DNA of 16,893 bases, taken from the NCBI GenBank assembly GCA_900555435.1, contig USLH01000038.1, positions 1 through 16,893 of the forward strand, in the 5' to 3' direction. Shown piece after piece: positions 1 through 9,071 of the stretch (the first letter of the stretch is position 1; every line of letters starts with the position of its first letter). This stretch comes from an uncultured Oscillospiraceae bacterium (lineage in GTDB: Bacteria; Bacillota; Clostridia; Oscillospirales; Ruminococcaceae). The position numbers and the translations under genes were made by a program. The notes beneath the pieces are model-generated. The model worked only from the letters and a program-made list of their open reading frames with translations. It did no database searches and was not told where the DNA came from.

Positions 1-88
1 CTCCACTGGCTTTCTCCTATTGAGTTCGCTGTTCAATATGTTTGACAAACCTACAAAAGTTTGTCTGTTTTATGAATTTTCCGGCGAT

Positions 89-1678
89 TTATTTTTCAAA
101 AAAGGCTTCAATGCCGTCTGCCGTCGCCTTTGCAAAAATCGGATTGTTCGCTTCGTTGACGCAGACGCTCAATTCTTCCTTGTTGCTCAAAAATCCGTAT
201 TCCACCAGAATAGACGCAAACTGTTTGGTACGGTTCACGGCAAATTCGCTGAACTTGGCGCCCCGATTTTTCGCATTGCTGCCGTACTCCATGGTTTTGT
301 ACGCTGCAAAGATCTCGTCGTTGACCGCTTTGGCCAGCCGCTGGGAATAGGGGTTGTTATAGTAGACCTCAATTCCCCGGGCCGAGGTGTTGTCCGCCCA
401 GTTGTGGTGTACGGACACATAGACATGGGGCATCCACTCGGTAGCCATGTCTACCCGTTCGTAAAGCCCCACTCGGTGGGCGCCGTTGACCTCCAGCATA
501 TAGACCTCCGCACCCCGGGCTTCCAGCTCTTCCTTCAGAGCTTTTGCCTTCTGCAAGTTTAATACGGATTCGTAATAGCCGCTTCCGGCATTGCCCACGT
601 CGTCGGTACCGTGACCGGGATCAATGACGATTCGGGCGTCCTCCAGGCTGTCCACCGGATTCAAAAACGTCAGGACCAAATCGCCGGAGGAGTTATACTT
701 CGCATAAGCCCCGTAATACCCACCCTGATGGGACAATTCCAACCGCAGCTGCAGCTGTGCGATCCCGTTGGTGGTCACCAGCTTCCAACTGGCGGAGGTA
801 AAGGCACTGTTTCTGGGGAAGCTGATCCGGGAGGGGGTAAAAGCGGTCGTATAGTCAAAGGTCAGGATCACCGCCGTGGGATCACAGCTGGTGACAGTGT
901 TGCTGGTGGAGCTTGCATAAGTGAGCGGGGTCGGGGTCAGGTTGAAGGGAACCTTCCAGCTTTCCTTGATGGTCAGTGTGGTGTATGTCCCGTCGTTCTT
1001 TACGGTCACGTTGGAGATCGTGTTGTTCCCCTTGGAGCCGGATCCCAAATTGGTCACGTTGCTCTTGGAGATCCGACGTCCCGACCGCAAGATATAGGTG
1101 GAGGCGGTGCTCCCCGTCACATAATCGATGGTTCCGGCAGGAAGATTGAAATAATAAGGCGCTGCGTACTCCTCGCCCCGATCTACGGAGCTGTAAATAT
1201 CCGCATAGGCTGGCTTTACCGCCACCATGTCGCCGCTGACCGGCTCCACGTTTTCGTCAGCAGGAGGATCTACCGTCACCGTGACGTTTTTCTCCGCCAC
1301 TTTGACGGATCCGCCGATCCGGGTCTCCGTCCGGCTCCCGCTTTGGGCGGTGAAGCGGATCGTTCCCAGATCCGTCCCTTCGGCAGATTTCGGGATGGTG
1401 TAGGTACCCGTGTACCAATATCCGCCGTCCTCCTGTTCCGAAGTGGCGGAAAGGGTCACGGTCTGGCCGTTGACCGATGCAGTAACTGCAGCACCTGCCG
1501 CCGTCAGCGCCCGCAGTTCCACCTTTTTCCCGGCGGGGGCGCTGACGTTCCCTTTCGGGGACACATCCTGCAGCAGGGCGGTCATCCCGGCTCCTGCCGC
1601 CGATGCAGGAAACGCCGCAGTGATCATCACAAACATAAGTAAGAGGGATACGATCCCCAGTTTCCATTTTTTTCTCAT
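89..1678 (-). CDS. Secreted N-acetylmuramoyl-L-alanine amidase (Amidase_3 / CwlD-AmiC type catalytic domain at C-terminus) with a large uncharacterised N-terminal domain
   Basis: N-terminal signal peptide MRKKWKLGIVSLLLMFVMITAAFPASAAG. The C-terminal ~180 aa (IVIDPGHG...HHNWADN...IEVYY) match the Amidase_3 zinc-amidase fold. The track ORF starts at TTG 1696. ATG at 1678 gives a canonical signal peptide and AAGGA lies 9 nt upstream. Confidence 0.8.
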   Translation of the reverse strand: MRKKWKLGIVSLLLMFVMITAAFPASAAGAGMTALLQDVSPKGNVSAPAGKKVELRALTAAGAAVTASVNGQTVTLSATSEQEDGGYWYTGTYTIPKSAEGTDLGTIRFTAQSGSRTETRIGGSVKVAEKNVTVTVDPPADENVEPVSGDMVAVKPAYADIYSSVDRGEEYAAPYYFNLPAGTIDYVTGSTASTYILRSGRRISKSNVTNLGSGSKGNNTISNVTVKNDGTYTTLTIKESWKVPFNLTPTPLTYASSTSNTVTSCDPTAVILTFDYTTAFTPSRISFPRNSAFTSASWKLVTTNGIAQLQLRLELSHQGGYYGAYAKYNSSGDLVLTFLNPVDSLEDARIVIDPGHGTDDVGNAGSGYYESVLNLQKAKALKEELEARGAEVYMLEVNGAHRVGLYERVDMATEWMPHVYVSVHHNWADNTSARGIEVYYNNPYSQRLAKAVNDEIFAAYKTMEYGSNAKNRGAKFSEFAVNRTKQFASILVEYGFLSNKEELSVCVNEANNPIFAKATADGIEAFFEK

Positions 1679-1738
1679 GATTCTTATCCTTTTCAACGTC
1701 GCATTTTACCGCTTTTTGCGGCTCTCTCTTTTTTCCGG

Positions 1739-3022
1739 CTATCCAGCCGATGGATCCTCTCCCGCAAGTGCCGGGAAAAATGTTTTTTGCGCTTCTTCCA
1801 TTGCCGGTGCATTTGCCGCTTCCGGCTCAAAAATGCTTCCGTAACGAAAGAGCATCACCCCTCCGCAGGTCGAAAGCTCCCGGACTGCCCGGATCTCCCG
1901 GGCCAGCAGATCCGGCTCTTCCAGCCACTCCCCGCTGCCGCTTCCGGCATAGAGGTCTTCCCTGCCCACCTTATAGGCGGCAAGTCCCGGAATCAGCAAA
2001 ACGCCGCTGCCCGCTGCCAGTCGATCCCACCCCGCCGCTGCCGCTTCAAAAGACGCCGCTTCGTTGCGGAAGCCATAATAAAGCTGCGGTGCAAGATAGT
2101 CGAGACATCCGGCCTCCTCTGCGCATCGTTCCGGATCAAAGTACAGCTGCTCCACACTCTGGGACAGCTGCCCCCGAGGGCTGACCCCGAATAAGATCGA
2201 AGCCGAAACCGCCTTCACGGCCGTTCCCAGCTCCTTCACCATCCGGAAGGTGTTTTCCCTTCGCCAATCGACTTGGGAAAGCGTCCCGCCTGCAGCCTGA
2301 TAGGCTTTGTAAGACGGCTCATCTGCCGAAAAGCCGAGCCCCGACGGATAAAAGTAGTCGTCGATCTGGACGCCGTCTACTCCGTACCGTGCCAGCTCTG
2401 CTCCTCCATCGGCGATCAGCTTCCGCACCTCCGGTGAACCGGGATTCAGGTAGATCCTTCCTTCCGAAAGGATCAGCCGTTCTTTCCGAAAGGCCGGGTC
2501 GTCATACCACTGCCGCAGCGGAAACGTTTCCGGGACCGATCCGATCTCCGCCTCAGTCATACCCCGCATGGGATTGATCCAGCCGTGGAAGGCAAGCCCT
2601 TTTTCCTTTGCAATCTCCGTCATGATCGAAAGAGGATCGTAAGAAAGCGCTCCTCCAACCAGCGAAGACCAAGAAAAGTACTCCGACGGATAAAAGCTGT
2701 CGCAAAAGGGGCGAACCTGCACCACCAGCGTGTTGAAGAAAGCCTTCCGGCAGTTCTCCGCCATTTCGGAAAATGATTCCCGGAAATCCGCCTCCGTCCG
2801 CCCTTTTATCAGCGGCGCCAGATCCAAATAGGCGATCCAGACCGCCCGCATTTCTTCAGAAAGCTCCTCTTCCCCGCTTCCAATCTCCCGAAAGATCTCC
2901 GTAAGAGTACCCGGATCCCCCAAAGACGGAACACGGCTTTCCGACACTTCTTCCAAAACCCCGCAGGACGTCAGCATTCCCACTGCCAGCAAAGTTACCA
3001 GCATCTTTCGCAGCTTTTCCAA
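1739..3022 (-). CDS. Lipoprotein, glycoside-hydrolase-like family 10 (GHL10/DUF187, YngK-like TIM barrel)
   Basis: Lipobox LTSC after a basic n-region (MEKLRKMLVTLLAVGMLTSC). Motifs RAVWIAY, HGWINPMRG and GVQIDDYFYP are typical of GHL10. Start is either TTG 3022 (track; gives charged n-region) or ATG 3004. No promoter in the 39-nt gap to the upstream gene, so it is probably co-transcribed. Confidence 0.6.
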   Translation of the reverse strand: MEKLRKMLVTLLAVGMLTSCGVLEEVSESRVPSLGDPGTLTEIFREIGSGEEELSEEMRAVWIAYLDLAPLIKGRTEADFRESFSEMAENCRKAFFNTLVVQVRPFCDSFYPSEYFSWSSLVGGALSYDPLSIMTEIAKEKGLAFHGWINPMRGMTEAEIGSVPETFPLRQWYDDPAFRKERLILSEGRIYLNPGSPEVRKLIADGGAELARYGVDGVQIDDYFYPSGLGFSADEPSYKAYQAAGGTLSQVDWRRENTFRMVKELGTAVKAVSASILFGVSPRGQLSQSVEQLYFDPERCAEEAGCLDYLAPQLYYGFRNEAASFEAAAAGWDRLAAGSGVLLIPGLAAYKVGREDLYAGSGSGEWLEEPDLLAREIRAVRELSTCGGVMLFRYGSIFEPEAANAPAMEEAQKTFFPALAGEDPSAG

Positions 3023-3061
3023 TTCGCTTCCCCCGTTCTGCTGCCCGGAGAAAACCTTCGA

Positions 3062-4036
3062 TCACTGCTCCGGCGCAACGGTAATATCTATTCGATACCC
3101 GTTGACCTTAACACTGACCTCCTTAGAGCCGGACAAAGGAAGCTCCGCCGTTTCCTTCCCGTCGATGGTCAGGCACAGTACCGAAGGGTGGGCGTCGGCA
3201 GGCCCGTCGGGAATGATGACCTGCTCCACCCCGAAGCTGTGCTTCTCCTGAATGGGATTGAAATCCAGCGCACTGTATTTATCGGAAAGGCTGTCCTTGG
3301 AAACATCTTCCTCGGGCTCCCCGGAAAACCGGGAACTCCGGAACGAACTTTCCTCGGCCATCTCCCGGCGAAGGGGCGATCGATACAACCGTGCAGGACC
3401 CCGACCGGTATAATCGGCGGTGACGTCCACAAAATTTTCCCGCTGGTCGTCCGCCGTATGGGAGGCGAGCTTCTTTTGAAGACCGCCGCTCTCCTCCTGC
3501 CGACGTCCTGTGCAGGCATAAACGATCAATTGGATCAATTCAATGAGGAAAAAGACCCCGCAGGGAATCACGATGACGCAAAGAAGCCCTTTTCGGGTCA
3601 ATAGAAAATCCCAGACCGTTCCCAGATACGGCATCGATCCTGCGGCGCGATAGCCGATCTCTCCACGGGAAAGCTCATAAGACTCCGAAAGGCGATCCTC
3701 TTTCAGCAAAACAGAGGAAATGCCATCCTTTTCCGCCAGGTTCACGATCCGGGTCAGCGTGCCGCCCTGACCGTTTTCCCGGCCGTAGACTACAACGTCG
3801 CCGGACTTCAAGCTCTGCGGCTGCACTTTCGTGAGAAAAACGAGACTGCCGTCCGGAAATTCCGGTTCCATCTCCTCGCCGTGCAGGCTCATCAGCTCAT
3901 ACCCTAAAACCCGGGGAGCCGAACCGGTACTGCGGCAGTGCCAGAGCCACCAGCACAGTCCGGAAAGCAGCAGCATAAGGATCACGAAAATCACGATCCC
4001 GGCTAATCCGATCTTCCGCCCAACACTTTTTCCCAT
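3062..4036 (-). CDS. SipW-type (ER/archaeal-type S26B) signal peptidase I homologue, predicted catalytically inactive, with ~140-aa C-terminal extension
   Basis: TM1, then ...LHGEEMEPEFPDGSLVFL...GDVVVY...TLTRIV..., then TM2. This aligns to the SipW SGSMEPEF / THRIV motifs, but the nucleophile Ser is Glu and the His is Thr. ATG at 4036 lies 8 nt after GGAGG. The track start GTG 4045 lies inside the RBS. Confidence 0.65.
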   Translation of the reverse strand: MGKSVGRKIGLAGIVIFVILMLLLSGLCWWLWHCRSTGSAPRVLGYELMSLHGEEMEPEFPDGSLVFLTKVQPQSLKSGDVVVYGRENGQGGTLTRIVNLAEKDGISSVLLKEDRLSESYELSRGEIGYRAAGSMPYLGTVWDFLLTRKGLLCVIVIPCGVFFLIELIQLIVYACTGRRQEESGGLQKKLASHTADDQRENFVDVTADYTGRGPARLYRSPLRREMAEESSFRSSRFSGEPEEDVSKDSLSDKYSALDFNPIQEKHSFGVEQVIIPDGPADAHPSVLCLTIDGKETAELPLSGSKEVSVKVNGYRIDITVAPEQ

Positions 4037-4094
4037 TTTACTCACCTCCGCACTCTCCCGAAAAATTCGGGAGGATTCGACAAACTATATCACT

Positions 4095-4124
4095 TATTAT
4101 GATACAGTTTGCCTTTCTTGTCAA
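4095..4124 (-). promoter_or_regulatory. Sigma-A type promoter TTGACA-17-CATAAT reading into the sipW-like/GHL10/amidase gene string
   Basis: Minus strand reads TTGACAagaaaggcaaactgtatCATAAT, about 60 nt upstream of ATG 4036. Confidence 0.5.
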
Positions 4125-4142
4125 GAACTGCGGCCGGATTTC

Positions 4143-4814
4143 CTATTTTTCCGTTCCGTAATCGTTGAGATCCCGGATGATCTCCCGCTCTTCGGTGATC
4201 ACCTGCGTATAGCTTTCCGGTACCCGGCCCACCAGCACCGTTTCCGCCAGAACATACTCTCCCGGCTCCGTAACTTCCACCTGCTGTCTCCCCAGAATGG
4301 CGCAGCACTGCACCTCCAGCGAAAGCAGCAGCTGGTGCCGGGTCTGGTTCACCCCACAGGCTTCAAAACGGGTGCTGATCCGTGCGGAAACGCTGCCTTC
4401 CGGAAGGAACCGGTACCGGAGCGTCGGCCCTCGTCCGGAGAGGATCCCGCTTCTCATCAGCGATCCGATCGGGATGAGAAGTTCCCCCTTTCCGGCTTCC
4501 TGAAGATTCCGGAGTATCCGCTCAGTTATTTCCGTTTTCATCCGGTTCACCGCCGAAATCTGCACTTCTACCGATTGAACTTCCCCATCCCCGTCCCGGA
4601 AAACTTCGGTCAGCTTCTCCTCCGGAAAACGGGAAAGGATCTCCTCCACTCCCTCCACCATCGCCGCAGTTGCCATTCTCCGGGCATGATGCTCCGCCAG
4701 AGCCGCGGCTGCCGGAGCCAGGTTCCGCTCCATCCGGCTGTAAAAAAGAACCGACGCCAGCAGCATCCCCGCAAGGATCCACCCGAAAAATTTTCGTCTT
4801 CTTCTCCGCCGCAT
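4143..4814 (-). CDS. yunB: Sporulation protein YunB
   Basis: Basic N-terminus plus a single TM (MRRRRRRKFFGWILAGMLLASVLFY) and the conserved IPIGSL...GILSGRGP region, typical of the YunB family. ATG at 4814 has GGAGG at -8. The longer track ORF from 4928 has no RBS. Confidence 0.7.
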   Translation of the reverse strand: MRRRRRRKFFGWILAGMLLASVLFYSRMERNLAPAAAALAEHHARRMATAAMVEGVEEILSRFPEEKLTEVFRDGDGEVQSVEVQISAVNRMKTEITERILRNLQEAGKGELLIPIGSLMRSGILSGRGPTLRYRFLPEGSVSARISTRFEACGVNQTRHQLLLSLEVQCCAILGRQQVEVTEPGEYVLAETVLVGRVPESYTQVITEEREIIRDLNDYGTEK

Positions 4815-4833
4815 TTTCCCGCCTCCTTCCCCG

Positions 4834-4872
4834 TATCCTATGAAAATCGGAACCGATCGGTCCCGGTTCCGA
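4834..4872 (-). promoter_or_regulatory. Possible mother-cell sporulation sigma (sigma-K/sigma-E-like) promoter upstream of yunB: AC-17-CATAGGATA
   Basis: Minus strand reads ggACcgatcggttccgatttt-CATAGGATA, about 20 nt before the yunB ATG. This matches the sigma-K consensus AC-N16/17-CATANNNTA. No sigma-A-like hexamers are present. Confidence 0.3.
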
Positions 4873-4885
4873 CAAAAAGCCTCCG

Positions 4886-4935
4886 AAAAAACAAAAAACC
4901 GCCGTGCAGGGGATCTCTCCACCCACACAGCGGTT
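4886..4935 (-). terminator. Rho-independent terminator after pfkA
   Basis: Minus strand: ccgctgtg...(19-nt loop)...cacggcgg followed by TTTTTTGTTTTTT. Confidence 0.55.
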
Positions 4936-4948
4936 TTGCTTCCTTCTT

Positions 4949-5914
4949 TTAGAAAGAGATGTCGTTTGCGATCTTATAAAGATCCATGGGGAACTCTTTC
5001 TTCATGGCAAGAGCTTCCTTGATGTCGAAGTCCACGATCTCGCCATGCTGCTGGCCAACAACCCGGTTGCCGATTCCCTGCCTCAGCAGTTCCACAGCAT
5101 GGTAACCCATTCGGCTTGCAACCACACGATCCATCAAAGAGGGGTTGCCGCCCCGCTGCACATGACCCAGAACGGTTTCACGGGACTCGATGCCGGTGCG
5201 GGCTTCGATCTCCTGAGCGATGCCTTTGACGTTGCCGATGCCTTCCGCCACCATGATGATGAAGTGCTTCTTGCCCAGAGCACGGGCAGCTTCGATCTTC
5301 TCGATCATCTCGTCCATGTTGAGGCCAATCTCCGGAACCACGATGTAGGTAGCGCCGCAGGCAATGCCGCAGTTCAGGGCGATGTAGCCGGCCCGGCGAC
5401 CCATGACCTCAACTACACTGCAGCGGTCGTGAGACTGAGCGGTATCCCGGATCTTGTCGACCATCTCCACCGCCGTATTCATAGCCGTGTCGTAACCGAT
5501 GGTATACTCGGTGCAGGCGATGTCGTTGTCAATGGTCCCGGGAAGCCCCACGCAGGGGATGCCCACGGAAGACAGGTCGCCGGCGCCCCGGAAGGAGCCG
5601 TCGCCGCCGATCACGACCAAACCGTCCATGCCGACCTTTTCGCACATGGCCTTCGCCTTTAAAACGCCTTCCATCTCCCGGAACTCTTTGCAGCGGGCCG
5701 TATAAAGAATGGTGCCGCCCCGCTGAATCATGTCGGAGACGCTGCGCATATTCATTTCAACCATGTCGCCATTGATCAGGCCGTTGTAGCCCCGCATGAC
5801 GCCCAGAACTTTCATATCTTTCTTAATTGCCGCACGAACGACCGCACGAACTGCCGCGTTCATGCCAGGAGCGTCGCCGCCGCTGGTCAATACGCCGATG
5901 GTCTTTACGTTCAT
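4949..5914 (-). CDS. pfkA: ATP-dependent 6-phosphofructokinase
   Basis: MNVKTIGVLTSGGDAPGMNAAVRAVV..., GGDGS and the remaining PfkA motifs are present. ATG 5914 has GGAGGG 7 nt upstream. The track ORF begins 13 codons earlier with no RBS. Confidence 0.9.
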   Translation of the reverse strand: MNVKTIGVLTSGGDAPGMNAAVRAVVRAAIKKDMKVLGVMRGYNGLINGDMVEMNMRSVSDMIQRGGTILYTARCKEFREMEGVLKAKAMCEKVGMDGLVVIGGDGSFRGAGDLSSVGIPCVGLPGTIDNDIACTEYTIGYDTAMNTAVEMVDKIRDTAQSHDRCSVVEVMGRRAGYIALNCGIACGATYIVVPEIGLNMDEMIEKIEAARALGKKHFIIMVAEGIGNVKGIAQEIEARTGIESRETVLGHVQRGGNPSLMDRVVASRMGYHAVELLRQGIGNRVVGQQHGEIVDFDIKEALAMKKEFPMDLYKIANDISF

Positions 5915-5968
5915 GGTAAACCCTCCAATAATCCTTTTGGAATTTTCATGCATTTTTATCCAAACTCT

Positions 5969-5994
5969 ATTTTAACGTTTTTTTGAAACCTGTC
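5969..5994 (-). promoter_or_regulatory. Sigma-A promoter TTGACA-16-TAAAAT for pfkA
   Basis: Minus strand reads TTGACAggtttcaaaaaaacgtTAAAAT, about 55 nt upstream of the pfkA ATG. Confidence 0.5.
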
Positions 5995-6035
5995 AAGAGA
6001 TTTTCCGAAGTTTGCACGAAACATCCATAATCTTA

Positions 6036-7748
6036 TCAAATTTTCAACAATTTCGTGAAGCTATCCTGCAGATGCGCTTCCTTTTCCCGAGCGGCCGCCT
6101 CATCCTTTGCAAGGATAAAGTAGTAGACCTTGATCTTCGGCTCGGTGCCGGAAGGCCGGATCACCGCCTTGGAGCCGCCCTCCATCTCATACATCAGCAC
6201 ATCGGACTTGGGCAGATCAATGTGAGTCTGCTCGCCCGTCAGCCGATCGGTGCGCACGTTCTTCAGGTAGTCGCCGAAAGCGATCACCTTATCGCCGTCG
6301 ATCCGATCCGCCGGATTCTCCCGGAGGTGATTCATGAGCTTTTTCATGATCTCCATGCCCGCTTCCCCTTCAAAGCCGAAGCTCTGCTGAGTGCACAGAT
6401 AGTAACCATAGGTCGCATACAGCTCATTGAGCACGTCGACCAGATTCTTGCCCTGCCTGGAATAAAATGCCGCCATCTCGCAGATGAGCATGGAAGCCAC
6501 CACAGCGTCCTTGTCCCGGACATAGGTACCGGCCAGATAACCGTAGCTCTCCTCGAAGCCGAAAATGTACCGATCGGCTTCCCCCGCCGCTTCCATGCGG
6601 CCGATCTGCTCTCCGATGAATTTGAAGCCGGTGAGCACATCCAGAAGCTCCACACCGTGCTTTTCCGCCACCCGTGCCGCCAGATCGGTAGTCACGATGG
6701 TCTTCACCGCCAAAGGCCGCTCCGGAAGCGTACCCATGGCCTTTCGCTGGGAAGCAATGTAATCGAGGAGCAACGTGCCCACTTCGTTTCCGGTCAAGAG
6801 TTTATAGTCGCCCTGATACTTGACGGCGATGCCCACCCGGTCGCAGTCCGGGTCGGTTGCCAGCAGCAGATCCGAGCCAGTCTCCTCGCAATATTTCATC
6901 CCCAACTCCAGTGCCTGCTTGATCTCAGGGTTCGGGAAGGGGCAGGTGGGGAAATCTCCGTCCGGGTTCTCCTGCTCTTTGACCACGGTGACGTCCTTGA
7001 TGCCGATGCGCTTTAAAATCTCCCGGACCGGCTTGTTGCCCGTGCCGTTCAAAGGAGTATAGACCACCCTGAAGCCGCTGGCCTTGACGATCTCCGAATG
7101 AATGGACTGCTTCTGGACGTTTTCAAAATACCGTTCTACGGTATCTTCGCCGATATAGACGATCTTCCCTTCTGCCAGGGCTTCGTCAAAATCTGCCAGC
7201 TTCACGCTGTCAAACTCGTCTACCGCTAAAATGTTTGCCAGAACCGCATCTGCCGTTTCATTGGTGATCTGGCAGCCGTCGGCGCCGTATGCCTTGTAGC
7301 CGTTGTATTTGGCGGGATTGTGGGACGCCGTAATCATAACGCCCATGGAGCACTTCAGATCCCGAACCGCAAAGGACAGCATGGGAGTAGGCATCAGCTG
7401 AGGATAGAGATACGCCTTTACCCCGTTGGCCGCACAGACTCGCGCTACCTCTTTGGCAAACACATCGGATTTATGCCGGCTGTCGTAGCTGATGGCAACG
7501 GAGCCGTTTTTACAGGTCTGGTTGATGTGATCCGCCAAACCCTGGGTTGCCTTCCGAACCGTGTAAATATTCATCCGGTTGGTTCCTGCGCCGATCACGC
7601 CCCGAAGACCGCCGGTGCCAAACTCCAGATCCCGATAAAAGCGGTCGTTAATCGCCTCCGGATCATCCTTCACCGCCTGTAGCTCCGCCGTAAGGTCCGG
7701 ATCCTCCAGCGTATGAGCCAGCCATTCCTGGTATTTCTTATTTTTCAT
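6036..7748 (-). CDS. Alpha-D-phosphohexomutase family protein (phosphoglucomutase/phosphomannomutase, PgcA-like)
   Basis: 570 aa. Active-site loop TASHNPAKYNGYK and Mg loop DPDCDR are present. N-terminus resembles PgcA-type alpha-phosphoglucomutases. Confidence 0.85.
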   Translation of the reverse strand: MKNKKYQEWLAHTLEDPDLTAELQAVKDDPEAINDRFYRDLEFGTGGLRGVIGAGTNRMNIYTVRKATQGLADHINQTCKNGSVAISYDSRHKSDVFAKEVARVCAANGVKAYLYPQLMPTPMLSFAVRDLKCSMGVMITASHNPAKYNGYKAYGADGCQITNETADAVLANILAVDEFDSVKLADFDEALAEGKIVYIGEDTVERYFENVQKQSIHSEIVKASGFRVVYTPLNGTGNKPVREILKRIGIKDVTVVKEQENPDGDFPTCPFPNPEIKQALELGMKYCEETGSDLLLATDPDCDRVGIAVKYQGDYKLLTGNEVGTLLLDYIASQRKAMGTLPERPLAVKTIVTTDLAARVAEKHGVELLDVLTGFKFIGEQIGRMEAAGEADRYIFGFEESYGYLAGTYVRDKDAVVASMLICEMAAFYSRQGKNLVDVLNELYATYGYYLCTQQSFGFEGEAGMEIMKKLMNHLRENPADRIDGDKVIAFGDYLKNVRTDRLTGEQTHIDLPKSDVLMYEMEGGSKAVIRPSGTEPKIKVYYFILAKDEAAAREKEAHLQDSFTKLLKI

Positions 7749-7810
7749 TGTCTATTCCTCCTGTTCCGCCCTCTTTCGAGGCCGGTTTCTGCACAATTCC
7801 ACTCTCTTTT

Positions 7811-7839
7811 ATCATAATATATCCCGGCATTCCTGTCAA
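7811..7839 (-). promoter_or_regulatory. Sigma-A promoter TTGACA-17-TATGAT for the phosphohexomutase gene
   Basis: Minus strand reads TTGACAggaatgccgggatatatTATGAT, then AGGAGG and ATG. Confidence 0.55.
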
Positions 7840-7852
7840 CCGGCACAACTGC

Positions 7853-7887
7853 CGAAAAAAAGAAAAACCGCCGGGTTTCCCCGGCGG
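7853..7887 (-). terminator. Rho-independent terminator after oadB
   Basis: Perfect 8-bp stem CCGCCGGG/CCCGGCGG with loop TTTC, followed on the minus strand by a T-run (A-run on plus). Confidence 0.6.
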
Positions 7888-7896
7888 CAATTTGCT

Positions 7897-9039
7897 TTAA
7901 CCTAAGATGGAGATCAGGACGCCTGCCGCAACAGCAGAGCCGATAACTCCGGCCACGTTGGGCCCCATGGCGTGCATCAGCAGGAAGTTGGTCGGATCCG
8001 TTTCAGCGCCCACCTTCTGGGAAACACGAGCGGCCATAGGAACCGCAGATACACCGGCCGAGCCGATCAGAGGGTTCACCTTTCCGCCGGTAGCCAGATA
8101 CATGAGTTTGCCGAACAGGACGCCGCAGGCGGTGCCCAGGCAGAAGGCCACCAGGCCCAGTACAACGATCTTGATGGTGGCCCAGGTCAGGAACACGTCG
8201 TAGGTGGTGGTAGCGCCAACGGTGACACCCAGGAAGATGGTGATGATGTTCATCAGCTCGTTCTGAGCGGTCTTGACCAGACGGTCGACCACGCCGGATT
8301 CCCGCATCAGGTTGCCCAGCATCAGCATGCCGACCAGAGGAGCTGCATCCGGGACGAGGAAGGAGACCAGCAGGGTGACAATGATCGGGAAGATGATCTT
8401 TTCGGTCTTGGAAACGGGACGGAGCTGGCCCATGACAACAGCGCGCTCCTTCTTAGTGGTCAGAGCCTTCATGATCGGAGGCTGGATCAGCGGAACCAGA
8501 GCCATGTAGGAGTAAGCAGCCACGGCGATGGAGCCGATCATCTGCTCGTTGCCGCCGGCCAGCAGGGTCTTTGCCGTATAGATAGCGGTGGGACCGTCAG
8601 CGCCGCCGATAATGGCGATGGAACCTGCCTCCTGAGGAGTGAAGCCCAGAACCATAGCGCCGATGAAGGTAAAGAAGATGCCGCCCTGAGCCGCAGCGCC
8701 CAGCAGGAAGCTCTTCGGGTTTGCAATCAACGGGCCGAAGTCGGTCATGGTGCCTATGCCAAGGAAGATCAGAGGCGGATAAATGCCCAGCTTTACGCCG
8801 CGGTAAAGCCAGTAAAGAAGCCCGTTCTCGCTATAGGAGCTGAGCCCGGCCAGAGGAATGTTCGCCAGCAGCATACCGAATGCGATAGGCAGCAGCAGCA
8901 GCGGCTCAAACTGTTTTACGATTGCAAGATAGATGAGCAGGCAGGAAACGCCGATCATGACCAGCTGTCTCCAGTCCAGATTCATAAATCCGGAACCCAT
9001 CCAGAGGTCTTTAATGCTCGTTACAAAAGTGTCGATCAT
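7897..9039 (-). CDS. oadB: Na+-translocating decarboxylase beta subunit (OadB/GcdB/MmdB family)
   Basis: 380-aa polytopic membrane protein. The stretch [25 protein letters not shown] matches the signature N-terminal region of OadB-family pumps. Confidence 0.85.
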   Translation of the reverse strand: MIDTFVTSIKDLWMGSGFMNLDWRQLVMIGVSCLLIYLAIVKQFEPLLLLPIAFGMLLANIPLAGLSSYSENGLLYWLYRGVKLGIYPPLIFLGIGTMTDFGPLIANPKSFLLGAAAQGGIFFTFIGAMVLGFTPQEAGSIAIIGGADGPTAIYTAKTLLAGGNEQMIGSIAVAAYSYMALVPLIQPPIMKALTTKKERAVVMGQLRPVSKTEKIIFPIIVTLLVSFLVPDAAPLVGMLMLGNLMRESGVVDRLVKTAQNELMNIITIFLGVTVGATTTYDVFLTWATIKIVVLGLVAFCLGTACGVLFGKLMYLATGGKVNPLIGSAGVSAVPMAARVSQKVGAETDPTNFLLMHAMGPNVAGVIGSAVAAGVLISILG

Positions 9040-9071
9040 CTTTCCAGATCCTTTCTGTCCGTATTTTCAAG

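Noticed and set aside
36-70. Hairpin GACAAAC-N8-GTTTGTC followed by TGTTTT near window start as terminator of the amidase gene
   Set aside because: The T-run is on the plus strand, so it would terminate an off-window plus-strand gene, not the minus-strand amidase. It is too weak to list as a feature.
20-1667. Multiple long ORFs on both strands (20..562 +, 611..1642 +, 1257..1667 -) overlapping the amidase gene
   Set aside because: They are GC-rich shadow frames with Arg/Gly/Pro-rich low-complexity translations. They have no RBS and no recognisable domains. The minus-strand 89..1678 frame has a clear signal peptide and an Amidase_3 domain.
4815-4928. Longer YunB ORF starting at 4928 (MWVERSPARRFFVF...)
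   Set aside because: It has no RBS. The extension reads like translated intergenic DNA and overlaps the pfkA terminator. The internal ATG at 4814 has a GGAGG RBS and gives the canonical YunB basic-TM N-terminus.
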